A DNA stretch of 64,000 bases from Spirochaetota bacterium (lineage in GTDB: Bacteria > Spirochaetota > UBA4802 > UBA5550): assembly GCA_963663865.1 (NCBI GenBank), contig OY760686.1, positions 2,912,001 to 2,976,000 on the forward strand, given 5' to 3'. The notes under the pieces were generated by a model. The model was not told the DNA's origin, made no database searches, and saw only the letters and a program-made list of their open reading frames with translations. Both the position numbers and the translations under genes were made by a program. Below are positions 1 through 8,735 of the stretch, piece after piece (position 1 is the stretch's first letter; every line of letters begins with the position of its first letter).

Positions 1-1
1 T

Positions 2-283
2 GTAGGACAGATCAGCTACTGCTTTTATCTGTTTTTTTGTAAAAATACAAAGCTTAAAGCAGCCCTGTATCCTGATATCTTTCTTTATGACTTCGATAAT
101 CGTCTCAGAGTCAAGCTGAGCAAAATCAAAAATGAAAATATTGATTTTCTCAGAGTCAATGTTGAGTTCAGACATGTTTAGACCGTTAACAGAATGAACC
201 TCAAGCCCGAGCCTCCGTATATTACGGTCAAGTCCCTCTCCGCTGTCCTGGTCTGATAAATACCACGTAATAATCTGTTCCAT
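2..283 (-). CDS. Partial CDS running off the window start; possibly a degenerate receiver-like N-terminal domain
   Basis: Not in the ORF track. ATG at 283 after a G-rich SD (GCAGGGGGG), open to the edge: MEQIITWYLSDQDSGEGLDRNIRRLGLEVHSVNGLNMSELNIDSEKINIFIFDFAQLDSETIIEVIKKD. The alternating strand/helix pattern with IFIFD resembles a REC fold (inference). Confidence 0.7.
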   Translation of the reverse strand, partial: MEQIITWYLSDQDSGEGLDRNIRRLGLEVHSVNGLNMSELNIDSEKINIFIFDFAQLDSETIIEVIKKDIRIQGCFKLCIFTKKQIKAVADLSY

Positions 284-346
284 CCGAATATCCCCCCTGC
301 CGGGTTCCTGACCACACAGCCGTGGAACCCGAAAGAACAACAAAAG

Positions 347-375
347 AATATTATTGACGCTATCTCAATAATATT
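347..375. promoter_or_regulatory. Perfect 11-bp inverted repeat, candidate operator
   Basis: AATATTATTGA-N7-TCAATAATATT, about 65 bp upstream of the 283 start. An 8-bp GC hairpin (CGGGTTCC/GGAACCCG, 301-331) lies between it and the SD. Confidence 0.5.
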
Positions 376-413
376 ACAACAACTTTTCAATATTTATCAC
401 GAGTAATCACAGC

Positions 414-609
414 CGGCCGACTAACAGAACCATCAGGGTATAGCGCGCGCTAAACGACTGTTCTACGTACGCTGGTATTACGCAGGAATCCCTGACTACA
501 CGGCTCTCCGGATAGCCTGACCACGCACGCTGAAAATCAGAACATTCATTCAACGCCTTTAACCTTAACCCGGGCCGAACACGCACTCTCATAGAATTGT
601 GCCCGGCCG
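414..609 (-). ncRNA. Candidate structured ncRNA or cis-regulatory RNA of unassigned family (about 200 nt)
   Basis: Long nested helices on the - strand with many G-U pairs (see findings). Intergenic; the overlapping 61-aa ORF is not protein-like. Confidence 0.5.
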
Positions 610-660
610 TTATTCAGGAAACCGTTAACGAAACACGTGTAACTGGCGGGAAAACTGATG

Positions 661-927
661 CTATTCGTAGGAGACCCGGCAGGATCCGTCAGCGCTTCTC
701 TCCAGAAAAACGGTACCAGCCATTTCCCTTACAGGGACAACAGCCGTGTTCTCTATATCAACCGAATTGCTGTCTTCCAGAAATTGCCTGATCAGTTCTA
801 TCTGGCGGTCAATTCTTCCTTCGGTATCATCCTCTGAAAAGAACCTTTCCATAAGTTTTTCATACTCCATCTCGGCGGCTGTTTTTATGCAACCGCAGTC
901 GAGAGACAGGGCTACCCTCTCTGACAT
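661..927 (-). CDS. Small hypothetical protein (88 aa, N-terminal CGC)
   Basis: AAGGAG SD upstream of the ATG; acidic, helical, protein-like composition. Confidence 0.7.
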   Translation of the reverse strand: MSERVALSLDCGCIKTAAEMEYEKLMERFFSEDDTEGRIDRQIELIRQFLEDSNSVDIENTAVVPVREMAGTVFLERSADGSCRVSYE

Positions 928-1160
928 AATACTGCTCCTTCAAAAAATTGACTTAATAAAAACCGTGACAATATTATTACAAGATTATTTTTTATTTTTC
1001 CGCATTACACCGCTTTTTTCTACAGCCCGTGCAGCCAGATCAGCCCGAGCGCGGGGTTCGTAGAAAAAAAACACTCGCAATATATCCCCATCTTATGATA
1101 TAAAATAATGTAATTTCTATCCGTATATATTCAAATTTGAAATCAGGATTCTTATAGCAA

Positions 1161-2273
1161 ATGATATTTTTTTCTTGTCACATAACAGCCCGACCAAAAA
1201 AATGTCCGGAGAATACCGACAAGCGGAGAAAAATTTTGCTCAAAATAAACCATATCGCCAGAATTTTCCTGGCATCACTGCTCATGGTGGTGGCAGTAGG
1301 ACATAATAAAAACCTGTTTTCATGGGGACTGTTCACCCTTTTCACGGACACTGACTACAGTTCCGAGAGCGTAAAAAAAATCGAGGAGTTCAATCCCGAC
1401 GAAGACATACTCTATCTTCCAGGACTGGAGGGCAAAGAACTCTTTGCCGCGGTAAACGACCTCTCCATTACAAGAAAAACCGAGGTGCGCAAATTCATAT
1501 ATATCTATCTGACCCGGGGACGTGAGTACGTAAAAAACGCCATTGAGAGATCAAACCTCTACATGGATACCATAATGGGTGTAATCTCTAGCCATCCGGA
1601 GATACCGGCAGAAATCGCACTTCTGCCGCTTCTTGAAAGCGGTTTCAATCCAAGGGCCGTATCAAAAAGCAGGGCCGTGGGGCTCTGGCAGTTTATTCCG
1701 GGAACCTCAGCACTGCTCGGCCTCAAAAACGACAGGTGGGTCGACGAGAGAAGGAATATCCGCAAATCAACCGAGGCCGCAGTCAGACACCTCAAAGGAT
1801 TGTACTCTGTTTACGGTAATTGGGAACTCGCGCTTGCCGCCTACAACGGCGGAGCGGGTTATATCTCAAAAATGCTGAAAAAAACCGGAACATCAGACCT
1901 CTGGGATCTCAGAGAAACAGGCGAGCTCAAAAAAGAAACCGATGAATACGTTCCACGTTTCATAGCAATGCTTCTCATATACAAGAACCAGAAAATGTTC
2001 GGAATAAGCGGAGAACTCCAGGAAACTGAACCGTTAGATCCAGTCACTGTAAAGCTTACAAGGCAGGTCAATCTTAAAAGGCTTTCCGCAGCCCTTAAGC
2101 TTGACTATCAGACGCTCAGACTTTACAATCCCGAACTAAACAGGATTCTAACTCCACCTGTGAAATCATACGCGCTCAGGCTCCCCAGGGAAGCGGCTGA
2201 GCTTTTCATGAAAGATCCGGACAGGCATATCGCTCTATCCACGGTAAAAGGAGCAGTAAAATCCCGAATCTGA
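1161..2273 (+). CDS. Lytic transglycosylase, MltD-like SLT domain (true start may be downstream)
   Basis: LPLLESGFNPRAVS, AVGLWQFIPGT, DERRN, LALAAYNGG and ETDEYVP motifs. Confidence 0.9.
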   Translation: MIFFSCHITARPKKCPENTDKRRKILLKINHIARIFLASLLMVVAVGHNKNLFSWGLFTLFTDTDYSSESVKKIEEFNPDEDILYLPGLEGKELFAAVNDLSITRKTEVRKFIYIYLTRGREYVKNAIERSNLYMDTIMGVISSHPEIPAEIALLPLLESGFNPRAVSKSRAVGLWQFIPGTSALLGLKNDRWVDERRNIRKSTEAAVRHLKGLYSVYGNWELALAAYNGGAGYISKMLKKTGTSDLWDLRETGELKKETDEYVPRFIAMLLIYKNQKMFGISGELQETEPLDPVTVKLTRQVNLKRLSAALKLDYQTLRLYNPELNRILTPPVKSYALRLPREAAELFMKDPDRHIALSTVKGAVKSRI

Positions 2274-2474
2274 CAGGTGGAGCTTAAAGCTCCCCTGCTC
2301 AAGTTTCCGTAACAAAATAAACATGCCATACCTCTGAAATACTGTATTTTAATTATTTCTTGACATATCCTCTAAACATGCCTGATACTATAAGGCGGTA
2401 GCAATCCGCCGGACACATTCACATCAGAAAGCACAATGCCTTTCCCGGCCTGATTTTTTGCGTGTAAGAGTGTA

Positions 2475-3776
2475 TTGATGAACTACAGGTTCTCACCCCT
2501 TTTCAGGAAGCTGCGAATCCTCATACCGCCGGCAGCAGCCGCCTCTGCGATCCCGCTTTCAGTTCTTCTACATAACAGCGGTAATTCTCTCGCTAATTCT
2601 GTGTTCCCGTCAGATTTCCATATACCGGAGATTCTGGCGGCATTAATCTGCGGAACCGCGGCTTTTATTGCCGCTTATCCGGCACACAGATTCCGCGAAC
2701 AGGTCAGCAGGCGCATCAGCACCGGGACCGGGGGGACGGGTTTATCCCCCGACAATCGCAATGATCCAGTCGAAACACTCAAAGCTCTCGACAGCTTAAC
2801 GGCTCACGCACGGAAATCAGTCAGCTCAGCGCCGCGCCTTGAAAGCCTTCTTGGCGGCTTCAGCGAATTTTCTGGTGCTGCGGTGCAAAACACCGAAGAT
2901 ACCTTTGAAAACCTGAAAAGGCAGGCAATTTCAATTATCGACCTTTCCGCCTCAATCGAATTCATTGTCAAAGGAATAGACGATGTCGGAGGAAAAACAT
3001 CGGCAATGTCATCAGAGCTCCAGATGTTAGTCAACTTGATACACAATCTCTCCTCCACCGCGCAGGAGCTTGGAGAGAAGATTGACTCTGCTGTAGCTTC
3101 GGCAAGGCTTGTATCAGCGGAGGCCATTGAAAGCCAGAGCCGCCTGAACTCCGCAACCCGTGAAATGCTCAACGTGATAGAAAACTCAAGGATGATAGGC
3201 GAATCGCTTTCAGTGATCAATGACGTCTCAGACAGGATAAACCTGCTTGCCCTGAACGCTGCCATAGAGGCCGCTCGCGCCGGAAACAGCGGACGCGGAT
3301 TCGCGGTAGTTGCCGATGAAATATCCAAGCTCGCCGACCAGACAGCTGAAAGCGTCAATGAGATCACGCGCCTCCTGGCAGGAAACAGCTTTGACCTTGA
3401 GAAGAAGACTATAACCATACAGAACGCCGTCCACAAGACCGGCGATATCATGAAAAAAATCGAAACGCTTCACAATGAGATCGGAAAAATCGCGCACTCA
3501 ATAAAGGATCAGGCAACCTTGAACAGCATTATATCCAATGAGGCTGCCAAAATAAACACTACCTCCGACGCTATAGAAACCGCGACAATGGAGCAGAAAC
3601 TCGCGGTATATGAAATACTCACGAAGGTTAACGACATCAATGATATTTACAAGATAATTGTTCCCCTGATTAAAGACACGATATCGCGCAAAAACAGAGT
3701 AGAACACGACATCGCGCTTTTAAACGACATCAGGATGGAATTCACTTCAATCCGTCCTGAGATAAGTAAAAAATAA
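2475..3776 (+). CDS. Methyl-accepting chemotaxis protein
   Basis: [40 protein letters not shown] signalling tip; two N-terminal hydrophobic segments with a very short loop. Confidence 0.92.
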   Translation: MMNYRFSPLFRKLRILIPPAAAASAIPLSVLLHNSGNSLANSVFPSDFHIPEILAALICGTAAFIAAYPAHRFREQVSRRISTGTGGTGLSPDNRNDPVETLKALDSLTAHARKSVSSAPRLESLLGGFSEFSGAAVQNTEDTFENLKRQAISIIDLSASIEFIVKGIDDVGGKTSAMSSELQMLVNLIHNLSSTAQELGEKIDSAVASARLVSAEAIESQSRLNSATREMLNVIENSRMIGESLSVINDVSDRINLLALNAAIEAARAGNSGRGFAVVADEISKLADQTAESVNEITRLLAGNSFDLEKKTITIQNAVHKTGDIMKKIETLHNEIGKIAHSIKDQATLNSIISNEAAKINTTSDAIETATMEQKLAVYEILTKVNDINDIYKIIVPLIKDTISRKNRVEHDIALLNDIRMEFTSIRPEISKK

Positions 3777-3821
3777 TCTTGACGCGGCTTCCGCCGGTGA
3801 AATCAATACCTCAATAAATCC

Positions 3822-6254
3822 ATGATGACAGAAACGGTCCCAGCTATGCATCACTCCATATCGGACCGGGTGCTGGAGGTCCTTGAGTGGCCGGCCGTTG
3901 CGGCTGCTCTCAAATCGCGCTGCTCTTCAGAACCCGGGAAAAAACACATAACAAATCTGAAACCGCTTACCCCATCCGAATCGTCTGTGCGGATGAGCAA
4001 GATTTCAGCTCTTAAAGAGATAAGCACTCTTCACGAATCTGTTCCGCTCGCGGGAATATCAGATATTCAGCCCTTAGCTGACAGAGCGTCAAAGGGCTCA
4101 TCTCTGACACTTGAAGAGCTTATACAGATAAGGGATTTCGTCGTCGGCACACGCAGAATCAGGCATTTTCTTTCTGAATTTGTCGACGAGTACGAGCCGC
4201 TAAGGGATGAGTATGAGAACCTCGACCCTCTTGACAGGCTCCACTCGGCGCTCATCCCCGCTATTAACGACAACGGAGAACTGTCAGAGCAGAGATACCC
4301 CCGGCTCAGAAAGCTAAAACAGCAGGCCGCCGCGGCGCGTTCCGACATAGAGAAAAAGCTCACTTCTATGATAAACTCTCCGGCCCTTGAAAAGGTGCTT
4401 CAGGAGAAAATAATAACATCAGTAAATCAACGCTATGTTCTGCTGGTCAAATCAGGCATGAAGGGCCGGATGAACGGAACCGTTCAGGATGTTTCCGCCA
4501 GCGGTGCCACCCTCTACTACGAGCCGGACGAGGTAAAAGCCCTCAACAACAGCATCATCATGCTCGAGATGGAGTATCAGAATGAAGTCCTCTTAATACT
4601 GAGAGAGCTTTCAGCGGTTACAGGAGAGCACTCCCCCGCACTCAGGCAAAACCTTGAAATTGCATCTTACATCGACTTTCTGAACGCCTGCGCCCGTTTC
4701 AGCGCCGCGACAGGCGCCTCCGCACCAAAAATAGCCGGTGACAGAAGGATATCGCTGAAGAACGCCAAACACCCCCTGCTCTGCCTCCAGAACACAAATG
4801 AGACAGTCGGCAATGACATCTCCCTCGGCGAAGACTTTAACTGCCTCATAATATCGGGGGCAAACACAGGCGGCAAAACAGTTCTTCTTAAGACAATCGG
4901 CCTCGCGGTGCTTTTCGCGTTAACAGGACTTCACGTAACCTGCGGACCCGATTCCGAGATAGGCATCTTCGACGGAATATTAGCTGATATAGGAGACGAC
5001 CAGAGCCTCCAGATGTCACTCTCCACATTTTCCGGCCAGATCGTCATTATTGGAGAAATGCTGCGAAAGGCCACACCCCGGACTCTCATTCTCATAGATG
5101 AAATCATTGTAGGGACAAACCCCAGGCAGGGCGCCGCGTTAGCTCAGTCAATACTTGAGCATCTTGCCGCGACGGACAGTCTGGTGGTCGCAACGACGCA
5201 TTACACCGAGCTGAAGGAGTTAGCCTCCTCCGAAAGCGGGCGCTTCCGGAACGCTTCGGTCTCCTTCGACCTTGAGACACTGAGGCCGGCGTACCGCCTT
5301 GTTATGGGGCTGCCGGGAGTAAGCTATGCCGTTGAGATTGCGCGCAACTACGGCATTCCTGAAACCGTGCTGAAAAGGGCTATTGAGCTTACAGACAGCA
5401 GAGACCTCTCAGTGGAAGCCCTGCTTGAGGAAACACAGCGGTTCCGGAGCCGCATGGAAGAGGAATCAAGCAGAATTGAAGAGCTCAAGAAACATTACAG
5501 AGCTGAAAAAATGCGTCTCGAAGAAGAACAGCGCAGGCTTGCGGAGCTTACGCTCAGAGTAAAAAACAAAGAGGGCATTGAATTCCTCGAAGAACTTGAA
5601 AAATACCGGGGCAAAGTAGCCGCGAAGATAGCTGAGCTTCAGCAGGCAGACCTCAAGGACGCGGGCAGCCTTCAGAAAGAGCTCATTGAAATAGAAAGCG
5701 AAATCAGCGGCCGGCTGCAGAAACAGCAAAGGGAATCCGTTGAATCTCAATACCGAAGGCTCACACCTGAAGAAACAGCGCCCGGCAAAAGAGTGTATGT
5801 GCTTCAGCTTGAAAAAGACGGCGTTATTGAGGACGTCGACTCCTCAGGAAAGACTGCGCAAATTCTCTTTGGAGGCAGCATAAGGGCCCGCTTCAAAACC
5901 GAAGAGCTTTACTACATCCCTGACAGGGCAGGTTCATCGGCCTCTGCCCCCAGGCCGGCCCCGCGCGTTCAGGTTTCGTCCTCAATAGGCACCACGGTCC
6001 AGACAAGCTACAACACAATCGACCTGCGCGGATGCCGGGTCGACGAAGCCCTGAACAGAATGGAAGCCGGCCTCGACCGGATGACAGGGGAAGGAATATC
6101 GACGGCAATCGTCATTCACGGCCACGGAACCGGCGCGCTGAAACAGGCGGTGAGAGACTACCTGAAGACTTCGACATATGCCGCTGATTTCAGAAGCGGC
6201 GAAACCGGAGAAGGCGGAGACGGCGTTACTGTGTTAAGAATACGCAACGTTTGA
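3822..6254 (+). CDS. mutS2: MutS2 family ATPase with C-terminal Smr domain
   Basis: LEW N-terminus, SASGATLYYEP, Walker A GANTGGKT, DIGDDQSLQMSLSTFS, ATTHY, coiled coil, and Smr IDLRG...IHGHGTGALK...EGGDGVT. Confidence 0.95.
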   Translation: MMTETVPAMHHSISDRVLEVLEWPAVAAALKSRCSSEPGKKHITNLKPLTPSESSVRMSKISALKEISTLHESVPLAGISDIQPLADRASKGSSLTLEELIQIRDFVVGTRRIRHFLSEFVDEYEPLRDEYENLDPLDRLHSALIPAINDNGELSEQRYPRLRKLKQQAAAARSDIEKKLTSMINSPALEKVLQEKIITSVNQRYVLLVKSGMKGRMNGTVQDVSASGATLYYEPDEVKALNNSIIMLEMEYQNEVLLILRELSAVTGEHSPALRQNLEIASYIDFLNACARFSAATGASAPKIAGDRRISLKNAKHPLLCLQNTNETVGNDISLGEDFNCLIISGANTGGKTVLLKTIGLAVLFALTGLHVTCGPDSEIGIFDGILADIGDDQSLQMSLSTFSGQIVIIGEMLRKATPRTLILIDEIIVGTNPRQGAALAQSILEHLAATDSLVVATTHYTELKELASSESGRFRNASVSFDLETLRPAYRLVMGLPGVSYAVEIARNYGIPETVLKRAIELTDSRDLSVEALLEETQRFRSRMEEESSRIEELKKHYRAEKMRLEEEQRRLAELTLRVKNKEGIEFLEELEKYRGKVAAKIAELQQADLKDAGSLQKELIEIESEISGRLQKQQRESVESQYRRLTPEETAPGKRVYVLQLEKDGVIEDVDSSGKTAQILFGGSIRARFKTEELYYIPDRAGSSASAPRPAPRVQVSSSIGTTVQTSYNTIDLRGCRVDEALNRMEAGLDRMTGEGISTAIVIHGHGTGALKQAVRDYLKTSTYAADFRSGETGEGGDGVTVLRIRNV

Positions 6255-6271
6255 GATCTGCCTGTGCTTCC

Positions 6272-6955
6272 CTATATCAGCGCCATGTTATAGGCGTATT
6301 TTACAAGGGCGACATCGCTGTTTATTCCAAGCTTCTGCATAATATTCGACTTGTGGTTTCTCACTGTTTTTTCGCTGATGCCGAGTTCGACCGCGATCTC
6401 CTTTGTACTGTGCTCTGAAACAATGAGCTTTAAAATCTGCATTTCGCGCCTGGTAAGAGGACTTGACGGGACTGCCGACGTCAGCTGCAGTACATCAGCG
6501 CTGTCCCTGTATTCGGGCGAAAGGTAAAAGGAATTTTCCGTCAGTATATGCGAGATGGCTTTTTTTAACTCACTCAGCCCCAGCCTCTTCGAAATGTAAC
6601 CGGCCGCCCCTACCCTGTAGGCCATCGAGACAAGCTGCTCGCTGAAGTACCCGGACAGCATAAGCACCCTGGTGGAAGGGCATTCGGTAAGAAGCCCTTC
6701 AGTGAGGTCAATACCGTTATTTTCCCCCAGATTTATATCCATCAGAACTACGCGGGGCTTCAGCTGCTTGATCTCCGCGATTGCCTGACCCGCCGAAAAG
6801 GAAAAACCGCAGACACTGTAACCCGGAATCGTCCCGAGCAGCAGAGAAAGCGACTCACACACAATCTCTTCATCATCAACTATATAAACATCAATTTCAT
6901 CGCTCTGCATGCCCTGAAACGCCATCTCCACCCGCCCTGATAAATACGCTTCCAC
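6272..6955 (-). CDS. NarL/FixJ-family response regulator (REC plus LuxR HTH), no adjacent kinase
   Basis: IVDDE, VLMDI and GYISK receiver motifs; LTRREMQILKLI...IAVELGISEKTVRNHKSNIMQKL helix-turn-helix. Confidence 0.93.
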   Translation of the reverse strand: MEAYLSGRVEMAFQGMQSDEIDVYIVDDEEIVCESLSLLLGTIPGYSVCGFSFSAGQAIAEIKQLKPRVVLMDINLGENNGIDLTEGLLTECPSTRVLMLSGYFSEQLVSMAYRVGAAGYISKRLGLSELKKAISHILTENSFYLSPEYRDSADVLQLTSAVPSSPLTRREMQILKLIVSEHSTKEIAVELGISEKTVRNHKSNIMQKLGINSDVALVKYAYNMALI

Positions 6956-7091
6956 CCGGTGCTCTATTTATGCATCAAATGATAATAATGTCCAATTTGC
7001 CTCAAAGTCAATAGGCAAGTATCACGGTTAGATAAAATTAAAAGCTGTAATTAAGAATAGCCCGCTCCCCATGATCCACGGCTAAACATTC

Positions 7092-7163
7092 GGGCGTGTC
7101 CCCGCCGGAGGCGGGGCCGGGCTTTCCCTTCAGGCCTTCGGCCTTACGGTCAATCCCTCACGC
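7092..7163 (+). ncRNA. Flavo-1-like RNA motif / small structured element
   Basis: GGGCGTG-[CCCCGC-CGGAG-GCGGGG]-CCGGGCTTTCC-[AGGCC TTCG GCCT]-CAATCCCTCACGC matches my recollection of the Flavo-1 consensus, reported from Bacteroidota and some spirochaetes. Not verified by a covariance search. Confidence 0.55.
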
Positions 7164-7341
7164 GGTGCCGTCAATAACAGCATAATGGCCGGCTTATATG
7201 AGGAACCGCCCGCCAAACACAACCGGTTCGGCAAATCAGACATATACACACTATACGAGTAAAAACAGGGACAGATTTAACAAAAAAAACTGTGGATATA
7301 AAAAAAAGATGGAGAAACAGATCAAATACCCCAAAAACCTG

Positions 7342-8184
7342 TTATTTAAAAAAATCCTTTGCTATCGCACGGCATTCCGCGGGTTTTTCGAGCGGAACCA
7401 TGTGTCCCGCCCCATTAAGAAGGCTGTAACTTCCCCGGGGAAAACGCGACGCGGCTCCCCTTAAATCCATATACTGCATAAACTCGCTTTCTCCTCCCTC
7501 GACAATGTGAACGGGACACTCTATACCCGCGGCAAGAGGCCACGGGTCAACGCATGAGCAGCCGAGAAGAAGGGAAGCCTCAACATCAGGACGGCATTTG
7601 AGCTTCAGCCCGCCATTTCCGTCAGAATTGAGAGCGTTCTCACTGTAAAGTCTCAATGACTCAGAATCCCAGCGCCTGAAGTAGGCCTTCGAGTTCAGGT
7701 ACTCTTCAAAATCACCCTGACTCTCAAATCTGTTCCTTCGCCGCACAGAACCGGAGGCGAGATGTTCTACGGGCTCTCCCCCGCCTTCGATATAGAATTC
7801 AGTAGAAAAGAATATCGGCTCGAACAGAAGCATAGCGCGCGGATTAAGTCCGTTGATAGCTGATGCAAGAATTGAGACCCCCGCACCCATAGAATGAGCC
7901 GTGATAATCGGTCGCTCAATGTCCAGCGCCAGACACAGCTCTTTGAGGTCGCCCGCGACAGCCGTCCAGGGTATGCCCCTACCGTTCGGATCAGCTTCAG
8001 AATCGCGATAATCACAGAAAAACGGCATTATAATCCTGAACCTGCCGGTAAACTCTGAAGCGATCGGCATCCAGATATGGGGAATAAGCCCCGCCGCGTG
8101 GAGAAAGATCATCGTCGTCTGTCCCTGCCCCGCTTCAAGATATTTTACCCCGGCACTGCCTATGTTTACTGTCTTCATTTTCAT
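7342..8184 (-). CDS. Alpha/beta-fold hydrolase
   Basis: FLHAAG oxyanion loop, AHSMG nucleophile elbow, GAGHMVPLE catalytic His. Confidence 0.9.
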   Translation of the reverse strand: MKMKTVNIGSAGVKYLEAGQGQTTMIFLHAAGLIPHIWMPIASEFTGRFRIIMPFFCDYRDSEADPNGRGIPWTAVAGDLKELCLALDIERPIITAHSMGAGVSILASAINGLNPRAMLLFEPIFFSTEFYIEGGGEPVEHLASGSVRRRNRFESQGDFEEYLNSKAYFRRWDSESLRLYSENALNSDGNGGLKLKCRPDVEASLLLGCSCVDPWPLAAGIECPVHIVEGGESEFMQYMDLRGAASRFPRGSYSLLNGAGHMVPLEKPAECRAIAKDFFK

Positions 8185-8498
8185 TTGAGCCTATCCAGAA
8201 ATGATCCGCTTACCCGCACGACACTGCTCAGAACTGTTAAGCCCTGAACCGCTTCAGCCGAAATGACTCACGAATCATGTTTTTATATGTTTTATTTTGA
8301 CCATTAAGAGATATGCTTTTTATTAATCCAGAATTTAAACCTCAAAAGGCTTAAAAAAATTCTTGCTTTCACCGGAATTTGGTTTAGAATTCACAGCCGC
8401 CGCGGTTATCGGCCCCGCCGGTAAAAAATCACTACCATAGAAAACCTTTCTGCCGCGCGGCCGAATCCGATTCTGATTTAATTACGGAGTCGCAAACA

Positions 8499-8711
8499 AT
8501 GGGGTTTGCTGATAATCATTTTAATAATACAGAGCTTACCCGCTCTCCCGGCGAGTTTTCGGATAGACGCGGCCTCTTCGACAGGCGCATGACAGATTAT
8601 CTCAATCAGAGCCCTTTAAATCTGTATCAGAAGAGTGACTACGACCGCCGTGTATCAGAAAGGCGCAGAAATCCGGACAGAAGGTCATCCATACGCCTTA
8701 GAATTACCTGA
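8499..8711 (+). CDS. 70-aa microprotein with five (D/E)RR motifs; candidate c-di-GMP binder
   Basis: GGAG SD; upstream TTGCTT-N16-TAGAAT promoter-like site; DRRGLFDRR and DRRVSERRRNPDRR. Confidence 0.7.
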   Translation: MGFADNHFNNTELTRSPGEFSDRRGLFDRRMTDYLNQSPLNLYQKSDYDRRVSERRRNPDRRSSIRLRIT

Positions 8712-8735
8712 GCAATCACCAGGAGGTCTCACACC

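Noticed and set aside
407-592. 61-aa ORF MRVRVRPG...
   Set aside because: No convincing SD or protein-like features; better explained as overlapping a structured RNA.
414-609. Lysine riboswitch, SRP RNA or RNase P identity
   Set aside because: The AGAGTGCG...GCGCTAT ends loosely recall a lysine riboswitch but its internal motifs are missing; the SRP CAGG..GGAA..AGCAG and RNase P GAGGAAAGTCC motifs are absent.
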